Positions 55,239-63,333 of a DNA stretch of 64,000 nt are shown here, in pieces. A model generated the notes under the pieces. That model did not search any database and was not told the origin of the DNA. It saw only the letters and a program-made list of their open reading frames with translations. The stretch spans positions 48,337 through 112,336 of the forward strand of contig JAPOZO010000052.1 of NCBI GenBank assembly GCA_026706025.1, in the 5' to 3' direction. The translations under genes were made by a program, and so were the position numbers. Origin of the DNA: Candidatus Poribacteria bacterium. GTDB lineage: Bacteria; Poribacteria; WGA-4E; WGA-3G. The first letter of the stretch is position 1; every line of letters starts with the position of its first letter.

Positions 55239-55490
55239 TCCCGTAGGTTGGGTTGAACGGCGTTGAGAAGTGGACTGTTGACAGGTCAAACACCCCTGAA
55301 AGTCAATATCCGACCACATCTATTCGTGAACGTAGTGAAACCCAACTTTACGCTGTCAGCCCCGCGGAACCTTCAAATCAAAAGCGTTGGGTTTCACTCG
55401 GTCTCTGATGGGTGTGGTGTATCTGGAACAAGTTGTGTTTTCTATGATTTTCGGGTTTTTAGTGGCATCCGTTCAACCCAACCTACGGGA
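55239..55490. mobile_element. MITE-like 252-bp element with 22-bp perfect terminal inverted repeats and a nested 13-bp inverted repeat
   Basis: Terminal inverted repeats TCCCGTAGGTTGGGTTGAACGG (55239-55260) and CCGTTCAACCCAACCTACGGGA (55469-55490). Inner repeats AGTGAAACCCAAC (55334-55346) and GTTGGGTTTCACT (55386-55398). No transposase gene and no clear target-site duplication. Confidence 0.5.
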
Positions 55491-55520
55491 CGATACTTGG
55501 GTATTTCTGCGGATTTCTTC

Positions 55521-55553
55521 GCGTACACCGCAGAATTGCCCTACTACAAACGG
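55521..55553. repeat. GCGTACACCGCAGAATTGCCCTACTACAAAC repeat module (second copy at 63287-63317)
   Basis: 29 of 31 nt identical between the two copies. The GCGTACACCGCA submodule also occurs at 10003-10014 and as GGTAGGTGCGGTTTTGCGGTGTAC at 55171-55194. Confidence 0.7.
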
Positions 55554-55640
55554 TCAGGTTCGTAGTAGTGCGATTCATCGCACGTTCCGACATTACCGAA
55601 TTAATAAATTAATCCTCATCCAACCGCACCGCAATAGTAA

Positions 55641-56087
55641 ATGGATTCATCCGGCAACGCAAACGTCCACTCAGACCCTTTTTTAATTCGGGAGTGCCAC
55701 CTTGAAGAAGCAGAAGCACTTCTTGCATTATGGCAGGCTGCTGGAACATCTCCGAGCGTCACAGATACCACTACAGATATCCAAAGTGTGATAGAAGGTC
55801 CCGCATCGGTGTTAGTAGCAGAGGTCAATAAACGACTTGTCGGTTCCTTAATCGCCACTTTTGATGGGTGGAGAGGGAACATGTATCGCATAGCGGTTCA
55901 TCCTGACTATCGACGGCGTGGTATTGGGCGAGCATTGGTTGCGGAAGGCGAAAAACGTTTAGCAAAACTCGGTGTCAAACGCATCACAGCACTCGTGGAA
56001 GAGAAGTATCCGTGGGCTGTCGCGTTCTGGTCAAGTGTCGGGTATGAGATAGAACCTGGAATCGTGAGGTTTTTCCGCAATCCTTAG
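55641..56087 (+). CDS. GNAT-family N-acetyltransferase
   Basis: Acetyl-CoA-binding motif A: RRRGIGRALVAEGEKRLAKLGVKRI. Confidence 0.75.
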   Translation: MDSSGNANVHSDPFLIRECHLEEAEALLALWQAAGTSPSVTDTTTDIQSVIEGPASVLVAEVNKRLVGSLIATFDGWRGNMYRIAVHPDYRRRGIGRALVAEGEKRLAKLGVKRITALVEEKYPWAVAFWSSVGYEIEPGIVRFFRNP

Positions 56088-56116
56088 ATGAGGATAAGCA
56101 TACGAGGAGATCAACC

Positions 56117-57235
56117 GTGAAATTCAGAGGATATCTGTTAGACGATACCGTCAAAAGCGTTTATGGACTCGCAGTCGCTGATATAAACGGCGACGGTCAA
56201 CTCGACATCATCGCTGGCTCCACAGGCGAACCCATCATCGCTTGGTACGAGGCACCGCACTGGAAAAGACACCTCGTAACCGATCAGGGCAGCGGACACA
56301 TCACTATTGCGCCTTATGATCTCACAGGCAATAGCACCCCTGACCTCATCGTTGGGAGCGGTTTTTTTCGTGGTGTAAACGCTGCGGGTGGTTATCTCCA
56401 TTGGCTTGAAGCACCGACACAAGACGGACAGAACTGGAGTAGTCACCACATTGCCGATGTCCCTTTCATCCACCGCATCGCACTCGCAAATTTATCAGGA
56501 GACGCGGCGAAGGTAACGCCTTTTCTGATTGTCGCCTCAATCCGCGGTGAAGACGGCAAACCCGGCGAATGGCACAGTCCCGGCTCTCTCTGGTGCTATG
56601 AACTCTCTGATACCCCGCGAGATGCAGCCTCTTGGCACGCCCACCTCCTTGACGATTCCCTCCATATCAATCACGGTTTGAGCATCAACGATGTTGACCA
56701 AGACGGACGCGATGACGTGCTGATTAGCTGCACAGAAGGCTTAATCTGGTATGAACCGCCTATTGATCCGATGACGGATGACTGGGGCAAATGGATTATC
56801 AGTGACCGTGAGTGTAGTGATACCTATGCTGCAGACATTGATGGCGACGGTGTCAACGAGATTTTAGCGATTGAGCCGTGGCACGGGAACAATCTCGTCT
56901 GGTATAAAGCCACTGGCGACCTACGGACCGATCCGTGGGAGCGTCACCTCATTGACGACACACTCAACCGCGGGCACTCCCTCGCCGCTGTTGACGTTGA
57001 TGACGACGGTGTGCTTGAAATTATCTGTGGCTACAACGGCGAAGGCACGAGCCTGCACCTCTACCGCCCAGAGAATCTGGCGCATAACCACTGGCGTAAA
57101 GAGACCATTGACGATGGCGGTTTAGGTGTCGGACAGATGCACGTCTTGGACATGAACCAAAACGGCAGATTAGACATCGTAGCGAGCGGGCTCAGCACCG
57201 GCAACGTCAAGTGGTATGAAAACCTATTCAGTTAA
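56117..57235 (+). CDS. FG-GAP/VCBS-repeat (integrin-alpha-like beta-propeller) protein
   Basis: Five DxDxDG-type Ca-binding-like repeats (DINGDGQLDI, DVDQDGRDDV, DIDGDGVNEI, DVDDDGVLEI, DMNQNGRLDI). Confidence 0.55.
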   Translation: MKFRGYLLDDTVKSVYGLAVADINGDGQLDIIAGSTGEPIIAWYEAPHWKRHLVTDQGSGHITIAPYDLTGNSTPDLIVGSGFFRGVNAAGGYLHWLEAPTQDGQNWSSHHIADVPFIHRIALANLSGDAAKVTPFLIVASIRGEDGKPGEWHSPGSLWCYELSDTPRDAASWHAHLLDDSLHINHGLSINDVDQDGRDDVLISCTEGLIWYEPPIDPMTDDWGKWIISDRECSDTYAADIDGDGVNEILAIEPWHGNNLVWYKATGDLRTDPWERHLIDDTLNRGHSLAAVDVDDDGVLEIICGYNGEGTSLHLYRPENLAHNHWRKETIDDGGLGVGQMHVLDMNQNGRLDIVASGLSTGNVKWYENLFS

Positions 57236-57275
57236 GAAATTCTCTGTCCCAAAGGGTAGTGAGTTTTCTGGGATT

Positions 57276-57620
57276 TTATGATTCTGAATCGGGCTGCAAC
57301 ACAGCAGAAAGAGTATCTGTAACCCATTGATCAAGATTCTTACCACTTGCTTCGGCCGCCATAGCGATGCCTATATGAACTTCGGGCGGAATGGACAAAG
57401 TCACGTTCCCAGAATAGGGTTTCTGCGGTGGCCTCCCTGATTCTTCGCACATTTCAAGGTAATCCTCCACTGCTTCTTCAAAAGCAGTTCGTAATTCGGC
57501 AACGGAATCGCCGTGAAACCCGACAATATCCCTAATTCCAGCGATTTCGCCAACAAGACAACTGTCCTCAGCACTATATCTAATTTCGGCTATATAGCCT
57601 TTGTATACCATTGTATTCAC
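57276..57620 (-). CDS. hicB: HicB-family antitoxin
   Basis: N-terminal HicB fold (YKGYIAEIRYSAEDSCLVGEIAGIRDIVGFHGDSVAELRTAFEEAVEDYLE) plus a C-terminal RHH-like segment. Overlaps the upstream gene by 4 nt. Confidence 0.7.
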   Translation of the reverse strand: MNTMVYKGYIAEIRYSAEDSCLVGEIAGIRDIVGFHGDSVAELRTAFEEAVEDYLEMCEESGRPPQKPYSGNVTLSIPPEVHIGIAMAAEASGKNLDQWVTDTLSAVLQPDSES

Positions 57621-57934
57621 GGTGTTATTCCTACCTCCTCAAGAAAACGTCGTGCGTTTTGCACTTGGTAAACTTTTGCCTCCTTCTGGCCATGCGGTCG
57701 ATGAAACGTAACGGCAACATTATTCAATTCAAACCGTACTCGCGATCCCCGTCCTTCAGTAAATTTGGCACCAAGGGCCACAAAAAGGGATTCAATACGT
57801 CGCCACCTCAATGTAGCCGGGACCGGCCTCCTGAAAATAGCGTTCAAAGTGTTCTGATGTCGTTTATTCATTTTTGTAAGAAATAATTTTCCATCTCCGT
57901 CCTCGATACATCCGGAGATCAGTTCTACCGGCAC
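57617..57934 (-). CDS. hicA: HicA-family mRNA-interferase toxin (with N-terminal extension)
   Basis: GAKFTEGRGSRVRF...VTFHRPHGQKEAK pattern, resembling HicA GSHxxF...HxPHxxK. Located immediately upstream of hicB. Confidence 0.5.
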   Translation of the reverse strand: MPVELISGCIEDGDGKLFLTKMNKRHQNTLNAIFRRPVPATLRWRRIESLFVALGAKFTEGRGSRVRFELNNVAVTFHRPHGQKEAKVYQVQNARRFLEEVGITP

Positions 57935-57936
57935 AA

Positions 57937-59073
57937 TTACCTATCCTCAATCGCTTCAACGTTCGCGCGGGGCAGCGTTGTTTGTTCGCCGTTTTCGAGT
58001 TCAACGCGCAGTACCCGTACCTGCGCCTCTGTCTCCAAATTCTGGAGTTCTACCGGCAGCTCCGTGACGCGTCCGAGTTTGCCGAAATACGGTTCCCGGA
58101 TGATCCGCACCGAGCTGCCAACTTCCAGAATCCCTTCAGTCGCACCATCGTCCGTATTGGCGGCTGCATCTGCAGTCTCTGGTGCGAACGGAATCACAAT
58201 CTCCGGGCGGACAACCCCAGCACGAATCTGCGTCGCACCGTTGATAGACGTTTTCATACCTTCCCGCGCTTTCAGGAGCGTAAACGTCTGCTCCGCCATA
58301 GCGATGCCTCCGAACCCTTCCGTAATAACGAGCGTAATCCCGATCTCCTCAGAACCGGTAATCGCTACACCGAGTTCATAGCCGAGAAGTTCTCGCAGGT
58401 CCGCGTCATCAATACCACCAGCAATAATGCCCTTTACACGCTGTTGAACCGCTTGCTGAATTGTCTCCGTTGTAACCAGCGAACCACCAACTAAAATGTT
58501 ATCTTTATGTTCTGGCAGTATCTGTTCAGCGGTCAATGCATCGCTCGGCGATTGAGAGACAACGACTAAGTTCCCCACCGTTTCACCACCGATCCCAAAG
58601 ATGCCTTGGATATAGGTGCCGTAAGTTTCGACTGTGACACCTTCGTTCGGAACGGTCTCCGTTACCGTGCCATCTGTATAGGCTTTGACCTCCACAGGGA
58701 TAGGTGGTTCGCGAAGGATAACCTGTCCGGTAACATCCGAAACCGCTTCAATCGTACCGCCAATCGGTGAACGCGCTTGCGATTTGAAAAGTCCGAAAAG
58801 CCCTTTGGTTGTAGCGATAATCTCGTCTTCTGAGACGGCTTCGCCTACAGATTTGAGCATGTATTCCGCAATCTCTTCCGGTGGAATACTGAGTAAGTTA
58901 GCAATATTCAATAGTTGAACGTTGCCCGGCAGGTCTGCCTTTGCGACGACATCCTCTGCCTTAACTGTTGTACCGGCTTGCACGAGGACCTCGCCTTCAA
59001 GCGGGAGCCGGCGTTCTTTTTGAATTGTCACCCCCTCGGTCACCTTAAGACCGGGGGTATATGCATGCGCCAT
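57937..59073 (-). CDS. Conserved hypothetical protein
   Basis: 378-aa ORF rich in Gly/Val/Thr. N-terminal beta-barrel-like region. No confident family assignment from sequence alone. Confidence 0.3.
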   Translation of the reverse strand: MAHAYTPGLKVTEGVTIQKERRLPLEGEVLVQAGTTVKAEDVVAKADLPGNVQLLNIANLLSIPPEEIAEYMLKSVGEAVSEDEIIATTKGLFGLFKSQARSPIGGTIEAVSDVTGQVILREPPIPVEVKAYTDGTVTETVPNEGVTVETYGTYIQGIFGIGGETVGNLVVVSQSPSDALTAEQILPEHKDNILVGGSLVTTETIQQAVQQRVKGIIAGGIDDADLRELLGYELGVAITGSEEIGITLVITEGFGGIAMAEQTFTLLKAREGMKTSINGATQIRAGVVRPEIVIPFAPETADAAANTDDGATEGILEVGSSVRIIREPYFGKLGRVTELPVELQNLETEAQVRVLRVELENGEQTTLPRANVEAIEDR

Positions 59074-59116
59074 TAATTAGCCCCAATTTCAAAATATAAT
59101 CCGTAATATGATTTTT

Positions 59117-59240
59117 AGGTTATAAGTTTTCAGTTTCCAGTCTTCGGTCTTCAGTTACAAACGGTTACCCGTAAATGAACACGCTCTTAACTGATAAATC
59201 TCACTGCGATGCAAACTGATGACTGATAACTTCTCTAACT
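59117..59240. repeat. Family A heptad element copy 10
   Basis: GGTTATAAGTTTTCAGTTTCCAGTCTTCGGTCTTCAGTTAC ... CTCTTAACTGATAAATCTCACTGCGATGCAAACTGATGACTGATAACTTCTCTAACTGAA. Confidence 0.8.
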
Positions 59241-59458
59241 GAATGCCCAGAGCCATTCAATTCTCCATTTTCCGAGCGAATCTTCACCGCCAGGCCCGGT
59301 AGGTGCGGTTTCCGAACCGCACCGGATCTTGGAAAAAAGACGTGAAACCCCATAATTTCTTAAAATTGAATGGCTCTGCTGAATGCCTAATATATTATAC
59401 CATTTTAGTTGAGTTTGTGGTAGAATGAAATCAGAATTTTGATAAGAGGCAACTAACA

Positions 59459-60307
59459 ATGGCAACCCAAAGTGTAACTTACAAGACTGATAAAATCATG
59501 CCGACGTGGGAACAACTCGCTGAGATGGGGCGCGATCTCCAATTTCACCCAAGCATCACCGAGCAGCCGAAGGTGCTGACTCAGGAACAGGTGACTGATT
59601 TCAACAACGTCGGCTATATCAAAGGCATTCCAATTTTCGATGCAACCGAAATCGGTGAACACCGCCAATACTTTGACACGCTATTGGCGAACGTCCTTTC
59701 AGAAGGCGGAAGTAGTTATTCGATTATCTCTGCGCACATGAAGTATGGAAAGGTCTATGATCTGCTCACGCACCCAAAGATCGTTGCCTCTGTAAAAGAT
59801 TTGATTGGCGAAGATGTTATCGGTTGGGGCGCGCACTACTTCTGCAAAATGCCGCACGACTCGAAGACCGTCGGTTGGCATCAGGATGCCGGTTACTGGC
59901 CCCTCACACCCTCCAAAACCGTTACCGTCTGGCTCGCAATTGACGATGCATCGGTTGAAAACGGGGCGATGCGGTTCATCGCTGGTTCGCATCACCTCGG
60001 ACATTTAACCGCTCGGCACAGCGAACCCGACGAAAACAGTGTCCTGGGTCAAATCGTTGAAAACGCAGAAGAGCTCGGCGAATCGGTAGATGTTGAACTC
60101 AAAGCAGGCGAAATTTCTATCCACACCGACCTGCTGTTGCACGGCTCGAACGCCAATCCTTCACCGAAACGGCGGTGTGGTCTCACACTCCGCTACTGTA
60201 CCTCCGATGTCCGGGCATCTTTTCGCTGGGATCGGGAAGGTGTTGTGGTGAGCGGCAAAGATAGAAACCGGTATTGGAGCAACCCACCACGTCCTGCTGT
60301 CGATTAA
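59459..60307 (+). CDS. Phytanoyl-CoA dioxygenase (PhyH)-family 2OG/Fe(II) oxygenase
   Basis: HQDAGYW ... metal-binding HxD...H pattern and length are typical of PhyH-family proteins. Confidence 0.65.
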   Translation: MATQSVTYKTDKIMPTWEQLAEMGRDLQFHPSITEQPKVLTQEQVTDFNNVGYIKGIPIFDATEIGEHRQYFDTLLANVLSEGGSSYSIISAHMKYGKVYDLLTHPKIVASVKDLIGEDVIGWGAHYFCKMPHDSKTVGWHQDAGYWPLTPSKTVTVWLAIDDASVENGAMRFIAGSHHLGHLTARHSEPDENSVLGQIVENAEELGESVDVELKAGEISIHTDLLLHGSNANPSPKRRCGLTLRYCTSDVRASFRWDREGVVVSGKDRNRYWSNPPRPAVD

Positions 60308-60497
60308 TCCAAGATAACAGACGAGTAGTCTGTCCAGTCTAAAATTGGGAATAATCCCGCTCGTAGTAGGGCAATTCATTGCCCGTTCCTAAGCATCGGA
60401 CGTGCGATAAATCGCACTACTACGAACTAATCCACCTACAATTCAAAGATAGACAGACTACGAGGTAGACGAAATCGTAATATTTTAATTGCCAACA

Positions 60498-61274
60498 TCA
60501 ATCCTGGATCTTGAGTGCGCCCCAAGTTACCGCCAGTTTTTCAGTAGGTTCAACCGCCAACGCCAGTGTATGCAATCTCCTTACGTCGGCATCACTTAAC
60601 GCCCCTTCAAAAATGGCAACTTCGTCAATGGCACCGGCGTACCAGATACCGCCCAAGTGCTGTGTGTAGGCGATTGTCGGCTTTTGCGCCGCACCGTAAG
60701 CGATGCTGATCGGGTCAGGTGCCTCGGTCGTTTTTTTCAACTCACCGTCCAGATAAATTCGGACGGACTTTTTGTTCTCAACAACCCCAACGACATGATG
60801 CCACTCGCCATCAGCTGGGAACGGCACATAAGCGGAGGGCCAATGCTTTGCCGCGTTCGCTGTGTCCGCTCGAATCCAGATGCCAACATTATTGTTATCA
60901 AGCAGTTGAATACCGTAGTTGTATTTGTCATAGATCGGATTTCGTGTGCCAAGGGTCGGCTTAATAATCGCCGCCATCGTCACAGAAGGGAAGAAGATGT
61001 CTTCACCCATTCGGACCAAATCAACAGCACCGTCAAAATCAAGGGCTTCACTGCGAAATCCATCGATTGGGTTGGGTTTGCCGGTAATGGTTCCGGTGTT
61101 CTTCCCGAAAACATCCTCAACATCTTTCCCTTGAACGGTGCCTTTGTCAAAGGTCCAAAGTGCCGCAAGCCCCATTTTGACCCTTGGATCCTCGGCTTCT
61201 GCAGGTTGAATCACTGTGATAGAAATTACGAAACCGACGAAAAGCAGAACAGAGACAGATAATTTCGTTTTCAT
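60498..61274 (-). CDS. LamG-like jellyroll (Laminin_G_3) secreted protein with conserved C-terminal KLAVTWGALK tail
   Basis: Signal peptide. Classic LamG_3 block GLAALWTFDKGTVQGKDVEDVFGKNTGTITG...ALDFDG. C-terminus ...VEPTEKLAVTWGALKIQD. Confidence 0.7.
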   Translation of the reverse strand: MKTKLSVSVLLFVGFVISITVIQPAEAEDPRVKMGLAALWTFDKGTVQGKDVEDVFGKNTGTITGKPNPIDGFRSEALDFDGAVDLVRMGEDIFFPSVTMAAIIKPTLGTRNPIYDKYNYGIQLLDNNNVGIWIRADTANAAKHWPSAYVPFPADGEWHHVVGVVENKKSVRIYLDGELKKTTEAPDPISIAYGAAQKPTIAYTQHLGGIWYAGAIDEVAIFEGALSDADVRRLHTLALAVEPTEKLAVTWGALKIQD

Positions 61275-61716
61275 GAATCATCCCTCCTTAGATTCTGATG
61301 CCTTTTAGACAAGTTAATGTAGCACAAACTTCCCAGTTTGTGTGCTATGGGCGCAAACTGGAAAGTTTTGCGGCGTATTCGCCCAGATGCGACGTGCATC
61401 GCGCTACAACATGCTTATCAAACTCACGTTAAAGTACGTACTTAAAATCCAATACCTTCGCCCAAATAGGGCAAATCTCCTAAAGTTATGGAAAACCAAA
61501 CTATAACTTAGAAAAGATACTAACCCACGTATAAAATTGTATCACTGTTCACCGTTTAAATCCACGCAAAAAATTTAAAGCCACGCAACGCATTGCGCGA
61601 CTACAAACGGCACTACTAACAGTGTTGGGTTTCGCTTACGCTCTACCCAACCTACGATAAATTGTATGTGTTGAATTGTTAGGTTTTGCTACACGCTAAT
61701 CAACCTACAGAATCGG

Positions 61717-63246
61717 TTATTTCACATCGCTCCGCAAAAACGCTAAGACAGCCGCCATAAACAGGAGCAGCGAGAGTAAAATTAACAACGTCAGATCCAA
61801 CAGTGCCGATTTGAAAGTGATGCCCAAGGTTAGCTTTTCTGAAAATTTGGGGATGCTACTAAAGGCGACAGGTTTTTGGGACAATCCTTCCTTGACAAGA
61901 TAGACGTGATAACTTTCTTTATCCCCATTGTCCTCAGATTTGATAAAATTAACGAACTGTTGTCTGTAGCGGCGCGCGTGTTGGATAAATCTTTTATGTC
62001 TGGCGAACCCTGTGCCAGAGAGAGATTCTACGGCATATTTGTAGATAGCCGCTGGGGAGAGTCGCGTAATTTGTTGCGTGAACGCAACCTGTGCGAACTG
62101 TTTATTTAGATGTTCATCCTCAATCCTGTTCTTTGCATCAGCGTGTTCGTTTAGATAGTCAGCCCACAGCTTTAACACCTCAATTTTAGGAGGTTGATCG
62201 GAAGGCGAACCTGTTCGGTAAAGTTTGTCACCCTCTTTATGCCGAGTATCAATTTCTTCTGCTGTTGCTTTCTTTGTTCGAGATATTTCGCTTTTGGAGG
62301 GAACCTGCTTGAAACCGCTTGCCAAAACTCCCATTGTGTTTGGAATAAGCACCACAAAGACGATCCAAATTAACAACAACGTCAGCAAGCTGCTTGACGA
62401 ATTAGAAAATTGACTTGAGATAAACAATCCAAGCCATAAAAATATTGAGAGGTAGAGAGCCGAAATACCAACGATAATTCCAACTCTTCCCCACTCGCCT
62501 CCATCAAGTGACACCAAGTCTGAGGCGTTGACAATCAGTAAATTTAACAATATTCCTATAATTAGCGGGACCATGATGCTAAGAAACGCACCGATAAACT
62601 TTGCCAGAAGCACGGTTGCACGGGGTACAGAATTAGCCATGAGCAAGCTTAACGTTCCTGTTTCACGCTCGCCAGAGACAGCGTCGTAAGTGAACAGAAT
62701 CGCCATAAAACTCATAACCAATCCGATAATGAACGTCCAATCTAATTCCGTGAAATTGGGTAGCGAATCGTTTTTGCGGGATATGTCCTGTGGATACTGA
62801 AGCCACCAGTTCGCTGACCAAGAGTAGTTGAAGTTAAAATCAGGCGTTGTCATACCGATACCATAGCCACCACTATAGGCACCTTCAACTCGCTTTGGTA
62901 GGTTCGCATCTTCACCGGTAGCGATGAAGGTTAATGGACTCACGGATTTGTATAGATCGCCTGGCCCCTTTACTGCAAGTTCACCTAAATTACGACTTTT
63001 CTTCTTCAGCGACTCAGCGGCTTTGTGCGTATCTTCGGAATATTCCGCGATCCTTCGCGGATATTGACTGCTCACAAATACCACGGCATTCAGCACCATC
63101 AGCACCATCACCAGAATCAGCGTGAGTGCAAACCGAAAACGCGTCAAATTATCAAGGATTTCCCGTTTTGCTATGTGCCAGATCATGTTGTCCTTTTTTC
63201 TGCTATCATTTGAAAGACGGGCAATAATGCACGTCGCAACCCCCAA
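61717..63246 (-). CDS. ABC-2-type transporter permease-like membrane protein (NosY/DUF3526-like)
   Basis: N-terminal MIWHIAKREILDNL and 6 TM helices, a long soluble insert and a final TM ending FLRSDVK. The true start is probably the internal MIWHIAK. Confidence 0.5.
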   Translation of the reverse strand: MGVATCIIARLSNDSRKKDNMIWHIAKREILDNLTRFRFALTLILVMVLMVLNAVVFVSSQYPRRIAEYSEDTHKAAESLKKKSRNLGELAVKGPGDLYKSVSPLTFIATGEDANLPKRVEGAYSGGYGIGMTTPDFNFNYSWSANWWLQYPQDISRKNDSLPNFTELDWTFIIGLVMSFMAILFTYDAVSGERETGTLSLLMANSVPRATVLLAKFIGAFLSIMVPLIIGILLNLLIVNASDLVSLDGGEWGRVGIIVGISALYLSIFLWLGLFISSQFSNSSSSLLTLLLIWIVFVVLIPNTMGVLASGFKQVPSKSEISRTKKATAEEIDTRHKEGDKLYRTGSPSDQPPKIEVLKLWADYLNEHADAKNRIEDEHLNKQFAQVAFTQQITRLSPAAIYKYAVESLSGTGFARHKRFIQHARRYRQQFVNFIKSEDNGDKESYHVYLVKEGLSQKPVAFSSIPKFSEKLTLGITFKSALLDLTLLILLSLLLFMAAVLAFLRSDVK

Positions 63247-63333
63247 CCCCCCATATCCCCCCTTATCAGGGGGGCAGGGGGTAGGCGAGTACGCCGCAGA
63301 ATTGCCCTACTACAAACAATTCAGAGTTATCCA

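Noticed and set aside
55263-55686. ORF-track CDSs 55263-55565 and 55387-55686
   Set aside because: They lie entirely inside the MITE-like inverted-repeat element. They overlap each other in different frames, and there is no RBS or recognisable domain. They were treated as spurious.
682-59240. The heptad repeat arrays could be CRISPR arrays
   Set aside because: The repeat unit is 7 bp with no unique spacers, and copies are dispersed with one at each of at least nine intergenic sites. No cas genes are present. This is inconsistent with CRISPR.
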